Part shown: positions 42,396-54,878 of the stretch, one piece after another | How the letters are laid out: every line of letters starts with the position of its first letter | Numbering within the stretch: position 1 is the first letter of the stretch | NCBI GenBank assembly: GCA_963829055.1 | Contig: CAWHHI010000011.1 | Coordinates: 384,001 to 448,000 of the forward strand | DNA from: an uncultured Gemmatimonadaceae bacterium | GTDB taxonomy: Bacteria; Gemmatimonadota; Gemmatimonadetes; Gemmatimonadales; Gemmatimonadaceae | Direction of reading: 5' to 3' | DNA: 64,000 bases | The notes under the pieces: model-generated | What the model saw: the letters and a program-made list of their open reading frames with translations, nothing else | The model's database searches: none | Told to the model about the DNA's origin: nothing | Program-made: the position numbers and the translations under genes

Positions 42396-45095
42396 TCAGC
42401 TCCTCTTCAGCTCTGCAGGGCCTTCGTCGGCTCGACGCGGGTCGCACGCCGCGCCGGCACCACGCTCGCGGCGAGCGCCACCAGCCCGAGCACTATCGGC
42501 ACGAGCACGAAGGTCAGCGGGATCCCGCGTGCCGATTCCGAAGACGAGGCTCGCGAGCAGCCGGCTCGCCACGACCGCCAGCGTGACGCCCACCACGATG
42601 CCGAGCACCACGGGACGCATCCCCTGCCCGACCACCAGCCGCAGCACGCGTCCGGGTGTCGCGCCGAGCGCCATTCGGAGGCCGATCTCGCCGGTCCGTT
42701 GCGTCACGAAATACGCCACGACACCATAGATCCCGACCGCCGCGAGCAGCGAGCCCGATCGACACCGAGCGTCGTGAGCAGCAGCGTGTTGAAGCGGCCC
42801 GGTGGCGAGCGACGCCGACATGCGCTCGTCCATCGAACGGATGTCGAACATCGGAAGCGTCGGCGTCCACCCTGGCGACCGCCGCCTGCAGCTGCTTGGT
42901 CATCGCCCGCGGATCCCCGTCGGTGCGCGCGACGATGAACGTCGACCGCTGCATCGCGAACCAGAACGCCGCCGGCGCCTGGGCGGCCGCGAAGTAGATC
43001 TGCGGTCGCACGGCTTCACGCAGCCCGTCGTCGTGTGCGTCGCCGACGACGCCGACGACTCTGCACATGGTGCGCGTGCCCGGCGGAGTCGCGCGGTCCG
43101 GGAATTCGCTTGCCGATCGCCGATTCGTTAGGCCACGCCTGCTTCGCGCGCGGCCTCGTTGACGATCAGCGCGCACGGCGCGCTCGCCACGTCGCGGTCG
43201 TCGAAGTCACGCCCCTGCTTGATCGGGATACCGAACGTTCGGAACACGCCCGGCGTCGCGAGCCGGAAGTTGAACGAGATGGAGTTGCTCGGGTCGTCGG
43301 CGCGACCCTCCGGCATGAAGACGCCGCGCAGAGAGGCCCGTCATCGGCAATGACCGTGATGGCTGCCGCGGACTGCACGCCCGGCACTGCGCGCACCTCG
43401 GTCAGGATGCGGTCGTACGCCGTCGCGACACTCTCGACGCTCTCGTACTGTGCCGGCGGGAGCGCAACCCACGCCGAGAATACGCGCGCGTCACGAACCC
43501 GGGCTCGACGCGCTGCAGCATGATGCCGCTTCGGATCAGCAGCCCTGCGCCCACGAGCAGCATGAGCGAGAGCGACGACCTCGGCCGCCACGAGCAGCTG
43601 TCGCACGCGGTCGCGCGCCGAGCCGCCGGAGCCGCGTCCGCCTTCACGCAGCGCCCCCTGCAGATCCGGACGCGCGGTCCGCAGCGCCGGCACGATCCCG
43701 AACACGATGCTGCTCAGCGAGCGTCGCGCCTAACGCGAATGCCACGGTCGTCAGGTCCAGCCCGGCCTGGTCGAGTCGCGGCACCTCGCTCGGCGCCGTC
43801 GCCTTGAGGAGACGCACGCCCCAGAACGCGAGCCCGAGCCCGATCACTCCGCCGATGCCGGCAAGCACGAGGCTCTCGGTGAACAGTTGCCGGAGCACGC
43901 GCCCGCGACCCGCACCGAGCGCGGCGCGGATCGCGATCTCCTTGCCGCGCGCCGCTCCGCGCGCGAGCAGCAGGTTCGCGACGTTCACGCACGCGATGAG
44001 CAGCACGAACGCCACGGCGCCGAGCAGGATGAACAAGCCGCGACCGATACGAGCCGACGTAGATGTCGGTGAGCGACGCGATCCGCACGCCGTTCTCGCG
44101 ATTCTCCTCGAGCTCCGTCTCGAGTCGCTTCGCGATCTGACGACATCTCCTGTCTGCGCCTGCGCCTGCGATACGCCGGGCGCGAGGCGCGCGAACACGT
44201 CGAGGTATCCCTTCCGGGAATCGGCCCGCTCCTCGGCGGTAAATGCCATCGGGACCCAGACGTTCGCGTCCTCGAGCAACGCATCGGCAGACGCCGACGC
44301 CACGCCGATGATCACGTGATCGACGGCGTTGAGCCGGATCGCTACGACCGATCATGCTCGAGTCGCCGTTGAACCGCGACTGCCAGAATCGCTCGTTCAG
44401 AACGACGACGTTCGACCGACCGACCTGATCTTCGTCCTTGGTGAACGGCCGGCCCAGCACGCATCCCGACGCGCAGCGCGGGGAAGAAATCCGCGGAGAC
44501 ACGCTCGCCGGTCACCTGTTCCGCTGGGCGATCGCCGGTGATGAGCGTGAAGTTCCGGTACTCGACCGGAACGAGCTGCGAGAAGGAGTGCGCGCGCTCG
44601 CGCCAGGCGACGAAGTTGGCGGCACTCGTGCTCGCGTCGTCACCGCGACGGTTGGAGTAGATGCGAACCAGCCGATCGGGCTCCGGAAATGGCAGCGGGC
44701 GCAGCACGACGGCGTGCACGACGCTGAAGATGGCGGTCGTCGCGCCGATCCCGATGGCGAGCGTCAGCGCAGCGACCGTGGTGAATCCGGGCATGCGCGC
44801 GAGCTGGCGCAGCGCATAGCGACGCGTCCTGCACGACCTCGTGTATCCATTCGGCACGGCGCATATCCCGCTCCCTTCCCTCGCCAATGCGGCGACAGGT
44901 GTTGTTGACTCGTTGGATGTCGCCGAAGCGACCGACGGCTTTCGCGCGCGCGAGCTCGGGATCGAGCCCGCGCGCGATGTACTCGCGCGTGCGCATCTCG
45001 ACGTGGAACGCGAGCTCGGCGTCGACCTCGTCGGCGACGCTCGCCTTCCACATGAGCGAGCGCAGCTGGCGACCGAACGTGCCCTGACGCGGCAT
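42396..45095 (-). CDS. ADOP-family duplicated ABC permease with N-terminal prefix domain (indels)
   Basis: 'VADEVDAELAFHVEMR..ARAKAVGRFG', '[33 protein letters not shown]', 'LLIACVNVANLLLARG', 'GIYGVVAYFVTQRTGEIGLRMALGA'. Confidence 0.9.
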
Positions 45096-45123
45096 GACTC
45101 GCGATGCGCGACGCGGATGGCCG

Positions 45124-45455
45124 TTAGGCGGGCAGCAGGATGCGCGACACGGCACCGGCGAACCGCGCCCACTCCTCGGTCTCGGCGCGCAGCTGCTTGC
45201 GTCCCGACGGCGGTGAGCCGATAGAGCTTCGCCTTGCGGCCGAGCTCCGACTCGCCCCACTCGGCTTCGATCCACCCTTTGCGTTCCATGCGGTAGAGCG
45301 ACGGATAGAGCGAGCCCTCTTCGATGACGAGCTCGTCGCCGCTCGTGTCCTCGAGCCACCGCGCGATGGCGTACCCGTGGCGCGGGCCCCAGCTCAGCGT
45401 CTTGAGCACGAGGGCATCGAGCGTCCCGTGCAGGTCCTTTGGCGGCGACAGCCAT
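45124..45455 (-). CDS. PadR-family transcriptional regulator, ADOP-associated type (indels)
   Basis: 'HGTLDALVLKTLSWGPRHGYAIARWL', 'IEEGSLYPSLYRMERKGWIEAEWG', 'KLYRLT'. Confidence 0.9.
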
Positions 45456-45465
45456 GGAACCGATT

Positions 45466-45514
45466 ACCTAGTTAGACTAGGTTCAGGATAAGGGCGGTAC
45501 CTAGACAGTCAAGG
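45466..45514. promoter_or_regulatory. Paired palindromic operators upstream of padR (likely autoregulation)
   Basis: ACCTAG-TTAGA-CTAGGT (45466-45482) and ACCTAG-ACAGT-CAAGG (45499-45514); CTAG is otherwise uncommon in this window. Confidence 0.65.
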
Positions 45515-45531
45515 CATCCAGACAACGGCAC

Positions 45532-45664
45532 GCTGGTAGCTGGGTGCTCGTGCTGGTGGCTGGGTGACGCTGGATGTGGGCTGCGATGCAAATGGGGTCA
45601 GAGTCAACAGACTCCGACCCCAAGCACGTCACCCAGCGACAAGCACGCGCACCCAGCTACCAGC
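45532..45664. repeat. Composite palindromic intergenic element
   Basis: GCTGGTAGCTGGGTGC..CTGGGTGACG arm pairs with CGTCACCCAG..GCACCCAGCTACCAGC; central hairpin TGGGGTCAGAGTC-AACA-GACTCCGACCCCA. Confidence 0.85.
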
Positions 45665-45673
45665 TCCTCGCCG

Positions 45674-48600
45674 TTAGCTGGTCACGATTGGCTTCTGATC
45701 TTTCTTCAACTCAGTGGTGCTTGGAACGATCGGCTCGAGTCCCGCCGCCTTCAGCACCGCGTTGATCTTCGGCAGCAGCTCGTCGAGCGATGACTTCACG
45801 CCCGTCAGGCGTACGCGAAGGTCCTTCGTCAGCGAATCGAACGCCGCGTACGTCTGCTTCGTCGGTCGATACTCTCCGCTCGCCACACCGGCCAGCGCCG
45901 CGATCTTGTTGTTCAACTTGATCGGGTAGTTGAGCGGGTCCTGGCTGCTCTGGTTCTGGACCTGGTAGATGTCCTTCTCCGCCGAGCCGAGTTTGTCCAT
46001 GAGCTGACCGGAGAGCTGCTTGAACTCCGCCGCCTGCGGCTTGCCCGCGATCTTCTCGCGGTCCGGTCGTCGACCTGGAAGCGGACGTTGCGAACCGTGC
46101 GCACCGCGTTGTTCGCCGCGCTCACCGTGTCGCGCACCTTCGATGAGGAAGCGGAACTGCTCCTGGTAGTCCGCGAGCGTCGACGTCGAGCGCGGGTCCT
46201 TCTTCACCACGAACGACTGCGTCTGCGTCTCGCCTCCGACGCGCAGCCGGACCTGGTACGTGCCCGGCGGCGCGATGGGGCCGGTCGTGCTCGCGGCCCA
46301 CATGATCAGGTTCTCGAACCGGACGGCGTCCGGATACCGCAGGTTCCAGGTGAACGCGTTCAGCCCGCCTTGTTAGGCACGCGCGGCGGACGCGGGCCGG
46401 TGCGGGCGAGCACTTCGAAGTCCGGCAGACGCGCCACCCTCGGTCGCCGGCGACGCGAGGATCTTCTGGATGCTGTCGGCGGAAAGGCCGGCGCGCGTCA
46501 GGCTGTCGCGTCGCGCTGCCTTGCGCTGTCGTCGCCGCGGAGGCTGTCGCCAGCGTGAGCCGAGTCGGGGTTGCTCGTGAACGAGCGGATGAGCGCGCCC
46601 TGCGCGTCGAGGAAGTCCATCGTGACGAGCTGGTTCGCCTTGTCGAGCGTGTAGTACACCGTCGCGCCCGACGGCGGATTCGCGCCGGTCGGCGTTCCAG
46701 AGCTGCCGCCGCCACCGCCGAAGCCTCCACCCCAATCGATGCGGTAGGCGTCACGCGGCTTGAACAGGTGAGCGCTCTTCGCGACGATCGCCGGCGTGAG
46801 CTGACGAAGCGGCCGAGAGGTCATCCATGACGTAGAAGCCGCGCGCGTGCGTGGCGGCGATCAGATCGCCTTCCTTGATCGTCATGTCGTGCACCGGCGC
46901 GGGCGGCAGGTTGCGCTGCAGCGACTGCCACCGCCCGCCGTCGTCGAACGACACCCACACGCCGCGCTCCGTGCCGGCGAACAGCAGACCGCGCCTCACG
47001 GGATCCTCGCGGATGACGCGCGTGAACTCCGTCTCCGGAATGCCGTTCACGATCTTCGTCCAGCTCTTCCCGCAGTCCGTCGTCTTGTACAGGATCGGGC
47101 GCTTGTCGCCGAGCTGATAGCGGTTCGCCGCGACGTACGCGCCGCACGACGACGAAGTGCGACGGCTCGATGATCGACATGCGCGTGAAGTCGCCAATGT
47201 CCTTCGGCGTGACGTTCGTCCAGTTCGCGCCGTTGTCGCGCGACACCCAGATGTAACCGTCGTCCGTACCCGCCCAGAGCAGCCCGGCCGTGAGCGGCGA
47301 CTCGTCGAACGCGAAGATGAGCGCGTACGTCTCGACGCCCGTCTGGTCCTTCGTGATCGGGCCGCCGGACGCGCCCATCGTCTTCGGGTCGTGGCGTGAC
47401 AGGTCCGGCGAGACACGCGTCCAGCTCTCGCCCTCGTTGGTCGACCGGTACAGGTAGTTCCCGGCGGCGTACACGACGTTAGGCGTGTGGCGCGAGAACA
47501 CGATCGGGTACGTCCACTGGAAGCGGACCTTGATGTCTTCCGACGAGTAGCCCATCGGGTTGTCGGGCCACACGGTGATGTTCCGCTCGTAGTTCGTGTT
47601 CAGGTCCTTGCGCGTCATGAGCCCGCCGTAGCTGCCGGCGAAGATGACGTCGGGCTTCGTCGGATGCGGCGTGACGTAGCCCGACTCGCCGCCACCCGGC
47701 ATCGACCCAGTCCGACGGTGGCAATCCCACCCGCCTTGCGGCTCGGGCCGCACAACGTCGAGTTGTCCTGCTGCGCGCCGCAGATCTTGTACGGGAACTC
47801 GTTCGTCGTCGCGACGTGGTAGAACTGCGCGGTCGCGAAGTCCTGCTCGCTCCACGCTCGGCCAGCGTTGAACGACACGTTCGCGCCGCCGTCGTTCGCC
47901 TCGATCATCCGGTTCGGATCGTTAGGCGCGATCCACAGGTCGTGGTTGTCGCCGTGCGGCGGGTTGATGCGACTGCGGGAACGTCTTGCCGCCGTCGCGC
48001 GAGCGGATAGAAGCCGATGTTCAGCGCGTACACCATGTTGGAGTCGCGCGGGTCGGCATAGATGTGCGTGTAGTACCACGCGCGCTGGCGGAGCTTGCGC
48101 TCGCCGTTCACGAACTGCCACGTCGCGCCGCCGTCGTCGGAGCGGTACACGCCGCCCGAGTCGTGCTCCACGAGCGCCCACACGCGATTCGGCTTCGCCG
48201 GCGAGACGGCGACGCCGATCTTACCGTAGATGCCAGCCGGCAATCCCTTCGCCGTCTTCGTGAGATTCGTCCACGTGCGGCCGGCGTCGGTGCTCTTGTA
48301 CAAGCGCGCTCCCCGCGCCACCGCTCGACATCGACCACGGCGTGCGGCCCGACTGCCAGAACGCGACGTAGATGCACGTCCGGGTTCGACGGATCGAACT
48401 GGAAGTCGATCGCGCCGGTGGAGTCGTTCGCGAACAGGATCTTGTTCCACGTCTTTCCCGCGTCCGTCGACTTGAACAGTCCGCGATGCTCGTTCGCGCG
48501 AATGCGTCGGGCCGAGCGCGGAGACGTAGATGACGTCGGAGTTGCGCGGGTCGATGTTCACGGCCGCGATCTGCTCCGTCTCCTTGAGCCCCATGTAGCT

Positions 48601-49044
48601 CCACGTCTTGCCGGCGTCCTTCGTCATCCACACGCCATCGCCGTGCGAGACGTTGCCGCGGATGCACGTCTCACCGCCGCCAACCCAGACGACGTCCGGG
48701 ATTCTTCGGGTCGACCGCGATCGCGCCGATGGTTCCGCTGAAGTACTTGTCGGTCATCGGCTGCCAGGTGATGCCGCCGTCGGTCGTCTTGAACACGCCG
48801 CCGCCGCGTCGTGCCCATCCAGTACTCGAGCGGCCGCTGCGCCGAGCCGATGGCGGCGACCGAGCGACCGCCGCGATACGGACCGACCTCGCGCCACTTG
48901 AGCGCGGCGAAGGCAGTGGTGTCGTACGGGGCCTGGGCACGTACGCGCCGCGGGCCCGAAGGCGACCGCGAGTGTGAGGGCGACCGAGACGCCGCCAAGT
49001 CGAAGACAGTGCATTCCGCTACTCCGGAGGGGTGGTGTTTTCAT
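45674..49044 (-). CDS. Secreted VPS10/sortilin-like BNR-repeat beta-propeller protein (glycosyl hydrolase-like; indels)
   Basis: 'LKWREVGPYRGGRS', repeated Asp-box motifs 'KTTDGGITW', 'KSTDAGRTW', 'RSDDGGATW', 'VSRDNGANW'; 'HGDNHDLWIAP', 'GAQQDNS'. Confidence 0.88.
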
Positions 49045-49208
49045 ATGACCTTCGATGTAGCCGCGGCTCTCGAGAGCGGCAAGTGCGTAATGACCGGTGT
49101 TCGCGCGGGATGCGTGTGGGACCCGGCGCTGCCCTCGCTCAATTGACAGCTCGAATATCGTTCAGGCCTCACCAGTCGATCCTTCAGCACGAGGAACCAC
49201 GAGGAACC

Positions 49209-50215
49209 ATGCGCATGCAGTGTTCGATCCTCCCGCGTTCGACGGGCGCTCCTGCGCCTCCAGCAGCTCATTCATCGTCTTCGCCGCGTGCTCGTCCGGC
49301 GAGAAAGCGAGCACCGACACCGCCATCGGCGAAGGCAGCCGACACGACAGCGGCCGCTGCGGCGACTCCAGCGATGTTCGCGAGCGCCGGCGCGACCGAC
49401 AGCATGAAGACGCCGGAGTCGGTGCGCTACGACGCAGATCTCGATGCGTACTTCGTCTCGAACATCAACGGCAATCCGTCGCAGAAGGATGGCAACGGAT
49501 TCATCGCCCGCGTCGACGCCGGGAACACGTCGCCGATGACGATTGCTCGTGCAGGGCGGAAAGAACGGCGCGACGCTCAACGCGCCGAAGGGGCTCGCGA
49601 TCGTCGGCGACACACTCTGGGTCGCGGACATCGACGCCGCACGCGCGTTCAACAAGCGAACCGGTGCGCCGATCGCGAACGATCGATCTCCGACCGATGA
49701 AGGCCACGTTCCTCAACGACGTCGTCGCCGGACCGGACGGCGCCATCTACATCACCGACTACCGGCGATCATGTTCGACGCGAAAGGCGGGATGACGCAT
49801 CCCGGCCACGACCAGATCTTCAAGATCGTCGGTCGCAAGGCGACGGTGGCGATCAAGAGCGACTCGACGCTCAAGAGCCCGAACGGCATTGCGTGGGATG
49901 GCGCGAATGCGCGGTTCGTTCTCGCGCCGTTCGCCGACAAGGTCGTCAGCGCGTGGAAGGACGGCGACTCTACCGTCACGCCGATCGGGACGGGTCCCGG
50001 CGGCTACGACGGCGTCGAAGTGCTCGCGCGACGGCCGCATGCTCGTCACGAGCTGGGCGGATTCATCGGTGCACGTGATCTCGAACGGCACGTTCCGGAA
50101 GGTGATCGGCAACGTCGAGGGGCCGGCCGACATCGGCGTCGATACGAAGCGGAACGTTGTCGCGGTGCCGCGGTTCAACGCCGGTCGCGTCGAGTACTTC
50201 ACGATCGCTCGCTGA
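49209..50215 (+). CDS. SMP-30/gluconolactonase-like beta-propeller lipoprotein (indels)
   Basis: 'FAACSS' lipobox; 'TPESVRYD..YFVSNING.P..KDGNGFI', 'LNAPKGLAI', 'FLNDVV', 'SPNGI', 'GPADIG'. Confidence 0.75.
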
Positions 50216-50364
50216 TGATCATACCGGCCGCGCGAGCAGGCGTTCGTGCGTCGCGACGTCGAGGATGGCGATCCGTACCAACCCAGTGGCCTAACGCGCC
50301 CGAGTCGCTATATTCCGCGCTGCGCGACGACTGCGCGAACCTTCACGAACAGGAGAAGAACCCC

Positions 50365-50974
50365 ATGCACCGATTTCTCGGCCGTTTCGTCATCGGCGCC
50401 GGCGCGTTGCTGATCGCAGCAACGGCGCACGCGCAGGGGACAGCCGGCTCGTCTGGACGACCATTCAAACTTGGCGGTGCACTCGGCGCGACGGTTCCTC
50501 TCGGGGATTTCAGCGATGACGCGGACCTCGGGTTTCACCTGGGTGGGCTCGTCGAGTACAAACCTGCCGTCGGTGCCGGTCAACCTGCGCGGCGAGCTCA
50601 CGTACCATCGAAACGGTCTGAGGTGCGGATTGCTTTCCAGCGAGGGAGCCGACATCGGAACGTCGACGGCCAGTTTCAGCATGTTCAGCTTCATCGCGAA
50701 TGCTTTCTTTCCGTTCGGAGATGCGGCCTCGACAGCGCGGCCATACGCGATCGGCGGGACTTGGTCTCTACCATGTCTGAAGGCGTCGGTGACATTCCGG
50801 GACGGACGACACACAGAGCGACTCGCAGCACAAAGTTCGGTATCAACGTCGGTGGCGGTTTCACTTTCAACCTGAGCGGCTTCGAGACTTTCGTCGAAGC
50901 GCGCTTCCACTCCGTCTTCACCGAACGACAGCAACACGAACTTCATGCCGATCTCGTTCGGCTTCAAGTTCTAA
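50365..50974 (+). CDS. Outer-membrane beta-barrel protein (indels)
   Basis: AGGAG RBS, signal peptide ending 'AHA', alternating strands, 'RPYAIGG', 'FGINVGGG', C-terminal 'MPISFGFKF*' ending in Phe. Confidence 0.78.
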
Positions 50975-51111
50975 CACCGTTCCCCGCAGGTATCAGCCGC
51001 GGACCGACAATACGAACACGACGGCCAGCGCTCACTCCGGTGACGATGGCCGTCGTTTTCCATCGTGGGGTAGCTCACCGTCGCGCGGCGAACATATGCC
51101 TGCGGAACAGC

Positions 51112-51125
51112 GGCACACATGCTGC
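51112..51125 (+). promoter_or_regulatory. Possible sigma-54 -24/-12 promoter
   Basis: GGCAC-ACATG-CTGC (GG-N10-GC) just upstream of the methyltransferase ATG. Confidence 0.3.
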
Positions 51126-51141
51126 TTTCCTTGGGCTAACA

Positions 51142-52157
51142 ATGCTCTCGCTCGCCTACGAACTCGCGCGTTGCCCCGTGTGCAACAGTGCCGACTCCCG
51201 CGAAATCGCGGGGGCGGATGACGTGCGAGAAGAAGTCGAAGCGCTGTGGGGATTCCACACGCGCCGGTTGCGCGCAGACACGCCGGTCGAGCGGCTGACG
51301 GATCGCGTCGCGTTCTCACAGGCGCCGCCGCTGCGCCTCGTTCAGTGCGTACGCTGCGAGACGGTGTTCCGAAATCCGCGAGAGCGCGCGTTCGAAGTCA
51401 CCGACACATACGCCGACGAGACGCCGACCATCGAGACGCTGCAATCGCTGCACGACACACAGCGGTCCACGTTCGAGGGCCAACTCTCACGCCTGATGGA
51501 CGTCGCCGGCCGTGTGGGACGCGGACTCGAGGTCGGCAGCTATGCCGGCGGATTTCTCGAGGCAGCGCGCGACGGCGGGCTGGCACTTCGAGGGGCTCGA
51601 CGTCAATGAGTCTGCGAACGAGTTCACGCGCTCGCTCGGCTTCACGGTGACAGCCGGCGACCTCACGTCCTATCGCACGACGCAGCCGTTCGACGCGGTC
51701 GCGATCTGGAACTGCTTCGATCAGCTGCCCGATCCTCGCGTCGGCCGCGCGCGCCGCGCGTGCGTTGCTCAAGCCGAATGGCGTCCTGGCGATCCGCGTC
51801 CCTAACGGAGCGTTCTACGCGACCGTGCGCCAGCGTCTCGATGGGCTCACCGGCCCGATCGCGCGCGCATTGCTCGCGCACAACAACCTGCTCGCGTTCC
51901 CGTATCGCCACGGCTTCACGGTACAGTCACTGACACTGCTGCTCGAGGATACCGGCTTCGACGTCGTCCGCACGTACGGCGATGCTCTGGTACCGATCGC
52001 CGACGAGTGGACACGCGGCTGGGCGGCGGCGGAAGAGCGAATGATCAAGACGACGATCAAGGCGCTCGCCGCGCTCGACACCGAGGGCGCGCCGTGGTTC
52101 GAGATCTACGCGAGAGCGAGCGGTACGCCGATCAGCCGCCCCGTGCCTAACGTCTAG
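51142..52157 (+). CDS. Class I SAM-dependent methyltransferase with N-terminal Cys pairs (indels)
   Basis: 'CPVC', 'CVRC', motif I 'GLEVGSYAGGFL', 'FDAVAIWNCFDQLPDP', 'LKPNGVLAIRVPN'. Confidence 0.8.
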
Positions 52158-52318
52158 TGGACGCGCGTGAGATGTTGAGAGCAGGCGATACTGGCCCCTA
52201 GCCAGAATCGGCAAATGCGTTACGCCTCTCGCCTGTCACGGAAGGGCTGCCCTTTGCCAATTCTGGCTATAGGGCCTACCTCGCCTACTCTCAACATCCA
52301 GCACGCAGTCCACCGGCG

Positions 52319-53095
52319 CTACCGCGCAGGGACCGGTGTCTGCAACGTCGTCGCAAGCCACCTGGCGGCTGATCGCACGGCCTCATCGGGCAGATAGTGC
52401 CCAGCCTCGAACCACTGGATTTCCTTCGGCTCCCCCGCCGCCGCGAACAGACGCTCGGCCAGCGCCGGAGGAATGGTGCGGTCGCGCTTACCGTGCACCA
52501 TCAGCAGCGGCCGTCCGGCGAGCGCGCGCACTCCGGCGAGCGGATTCGCCACCGCGCGAATGAGCGCCGAGAATGGAAAGTCCGGCAGGTCTCCTCCGGC
52601 CGCTAGCACCACTGCACGCGGTGCACGATCTCGTTCCGCGACGGCGAGCGACAGGTAGGACCCGAGCGAGTATCCGACAAGCGCGAGGCGGTCGCGATCG
52701 ATCTCCGCGCGCGCCGATAGAAAACGGAGCGCGAGTTGCGCCTCGTCTATCGCCGTCCGCCAGCGAGAGGCGATATCGAACGGATTGCGCATCGACCGAA
52801 GCTCGAACGGGTCCGCTCGCTCGCCGTGCAACGGGAGATCGATCGACAGGCTGGCAATGCCGAGCGGCAGCAGGGCGTCGCCCACGTAGTCCGCCATGTC
52901 TTCCTTGCGCGATGCGTAGCCGTGCAGGAGAAGCGCGGCGGGAACTCGGTCGGTCGCCGCCAGGCAATCGCAGCACAGCGGGAACCGGCGCATCCGCACT
53001 CGGTCCGTCGTCGGCGCGGAACGTCAGCGAGATCGCGCGCCACCGTTGGGGATCGCGCGCTCGCTCAGCGTCTGTTGCGTGATGCGTTTCTTCAC
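52319..53095 (-). CDS. Alpha/beta hydrolase (indel near 5' end)
   Basis: 'LLLHGY', 'IDLPLHGER', nucleophile 'GYSLG', 'VHGKRD', 'AGH'. Confidence 0.85.
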
Positions 53096-53110
53096 TCCCC
53101 GTGCCGACAC

Positions 53111-54128
53111 CTAACGCGGCTTGAGCTCCACGTTGCCCTTGAAGCTGCGGACGACGACACGCGTGTCGCCGGTGCCTGACGAGAACCCGAGCTCCATGCC
53201 TCGGCCTTCCCGTCCTGCGATGGGCCGGCTCGAGGTGACGGCATTCTCGATGGTGCCGGTGACCGTCACCGCGTCGAGCTCGACGTTCGGCCTGGGCGGG
53301 AGGCGGAGCTCGACTCGCGCCGCTGTGCGTGGTGAGGTCGACCGAACCCTTGTATCCGACCTCGCCACCGTAGACGACGTCCCCGGTCACCGTCTCGAAC
53401 TTGCCGCGCTCGTAGCGACCATCGGTGACGCGAACCGTGCCGCTGACCGATCGACAGGCCGGCGTCCTCGCTCCCGCCGCGCACATCGATGTCACCCGTT
53501 GCGGTCTTCACGCGCAGCCAGGCGGCACCCGCGAGCACGCGAACGCTACCATCCATGGATTCGATGTTGAGCTCACGCGGTGCGCTCTGAGACGGTGACT
53601 GAACCACCGACAATGTTGAGATCGAGCCCGCCGGTCACGCCCGACACCTCGATGTCGGCGCTGCCACTCTTCGCCCACACGCGCGCTCGCAGAGGAACAT
53701 GGATCTCGAGCACGGCGCCGCTCGTGTAGCCCTCGGACTGTGGCTTCCACGAAGAACTTGGCGCCGCGCGGCAATCCCGCAGGTGCAGAAGCCAAGCCAC
53801 CGTCGAAGACGCCAGCCCTTCGGCATGGTCCCGCTCACTACGAGCGAGTCCCGATCCCAGCCGATGATGCGGAGCGTCGAGAACGCTCCGAACAACCGAA
53901 TCGACGCGTCCGAAGCGACGGCCCCGCGCCTCTCGATCGCCACGCGCGGCGTCGCCCCTTTGGCGGGATCGCCACCCTTCTGGGCGCGGGCGTCCGCACC
54001 GGCCGCTGCGAGTGCGGCGGCGACCACCACCGCCCACCCGACGGGAAGGGACCCGCCGTGCCGGCGAGCCGAGTATCGACTGGAGATCATGGACATCCGT
54101 TCGTCATGCGTAGCGTCGTCCCTTTCAT
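53111..54128 (-). CDS. DUF4097-like beta-strand repeat exported protein (indels; start uncertain)
   Basis: Repeats 'SGSADIEVSGVTGGLDLNIVGGSV', 'ESMDGSVRV', 'KTATGDIDV', 'ETVTGDVVY', 'RSFKGNVEL'; lies downstream of an ECF/anti-sigma pair. Confidence 0.7.
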
Positions 54129-54131
54129 GAG

Positions 54132-54878
54132 TCAGATCCTGGAGCTCAGCTCCGACGTTCGTCGCAGCAGATCGAGCTTTCTCTGGTAGCTCGCCGACAG
54201 GAGATCGACGAGGGTGGCGTTGTTCGGGTCTGCGACGAGGGCATTCCGCGCTTCGGCAATGGCAGAGTCGATGACGGCGAGGCTGCGGTCGACCGTTCGA
54301 ATGGTCTCGGGACTGAGCCGACTGCGCTGAGCGTCGACCGCCTGGAGCAGCTCGCCGATCGCGCGACTGTATTCTCCCTCCGCCATCGTGAAGCCGACCG
54401 GGAGAACGGACGGTGGCACCGGGGCACTGCCAGGAGCACGCACGGAGGGGTACTGGTTGGCGAGCCGCTGAGCGTTGTTGCCGCGGAGCATAAGCGCGGT
54501 GATCCCCGACGAGACGATAACCAGGATGACGGCAGCAACCGCCAGAAATGCCGGGGATTGCCACCGTTTTCGGGTAGTACCTGGACTGCGCTGATCAGCC
54601 TTGCTCACGATGTGGCCGGTGCCGATGACCGGGAGCACCACCTCCTTGCGCCGGTCCAATGATTCTTTGAGGTCGGCCCAGATATCGTCCGGTGGCGCGA
54701 GAGTACGCGGGAGCTGAGCCGCGGACTGTACGACGGACCGCAGCACGGAATACTGGCCAGCGCACACGGAGCATGATTCTATGTGCTTACTTACGATAGA
54801 CATAGATCGCTCGTCGAGTACGCCGTCGGCGTAGTCGTTCAGTGTGTCGAACGCTATGTGCTCCCGTTCGCCCTTCAT
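54132..54878 (-). CDS. Anti-sigma factor (zf-HC2, single TM)
   Basis: 'LNDYADGVL', 'HIESCSVC', TM 'FLAVAAVILVIVSSGITALML'. Confidence 0.88.
   Translation of the reverse strand: MKGEREHIAFDTLNDYADGVLDERSMSIVSKHIESCSVCAGQYSVLRSVVQSAAQLPRTLAPPDDIWADLKESLDRRKEVVLPVIGTGHIVSKADQRSPGTTRKRWQSPAFLAVAAVILVIVSSGITALMLRGNNAQRLANQYPSVRAPGSAPVPPSVLPVGFTMAEGEYSRAIGELLQAVDAQRSRLSPETIRTVDRSLAVIDSAIAEARNALVADPNNATLVDLLSASYQRKLDLLRRTSELSSRI

Noticed and set aside
49543..51609. 688-aa ORF joining propeller, beta-barrel and methyltransferase segments
   Set aside because: Chance read-through across three separate genes, each with its own start and stop in other frames.
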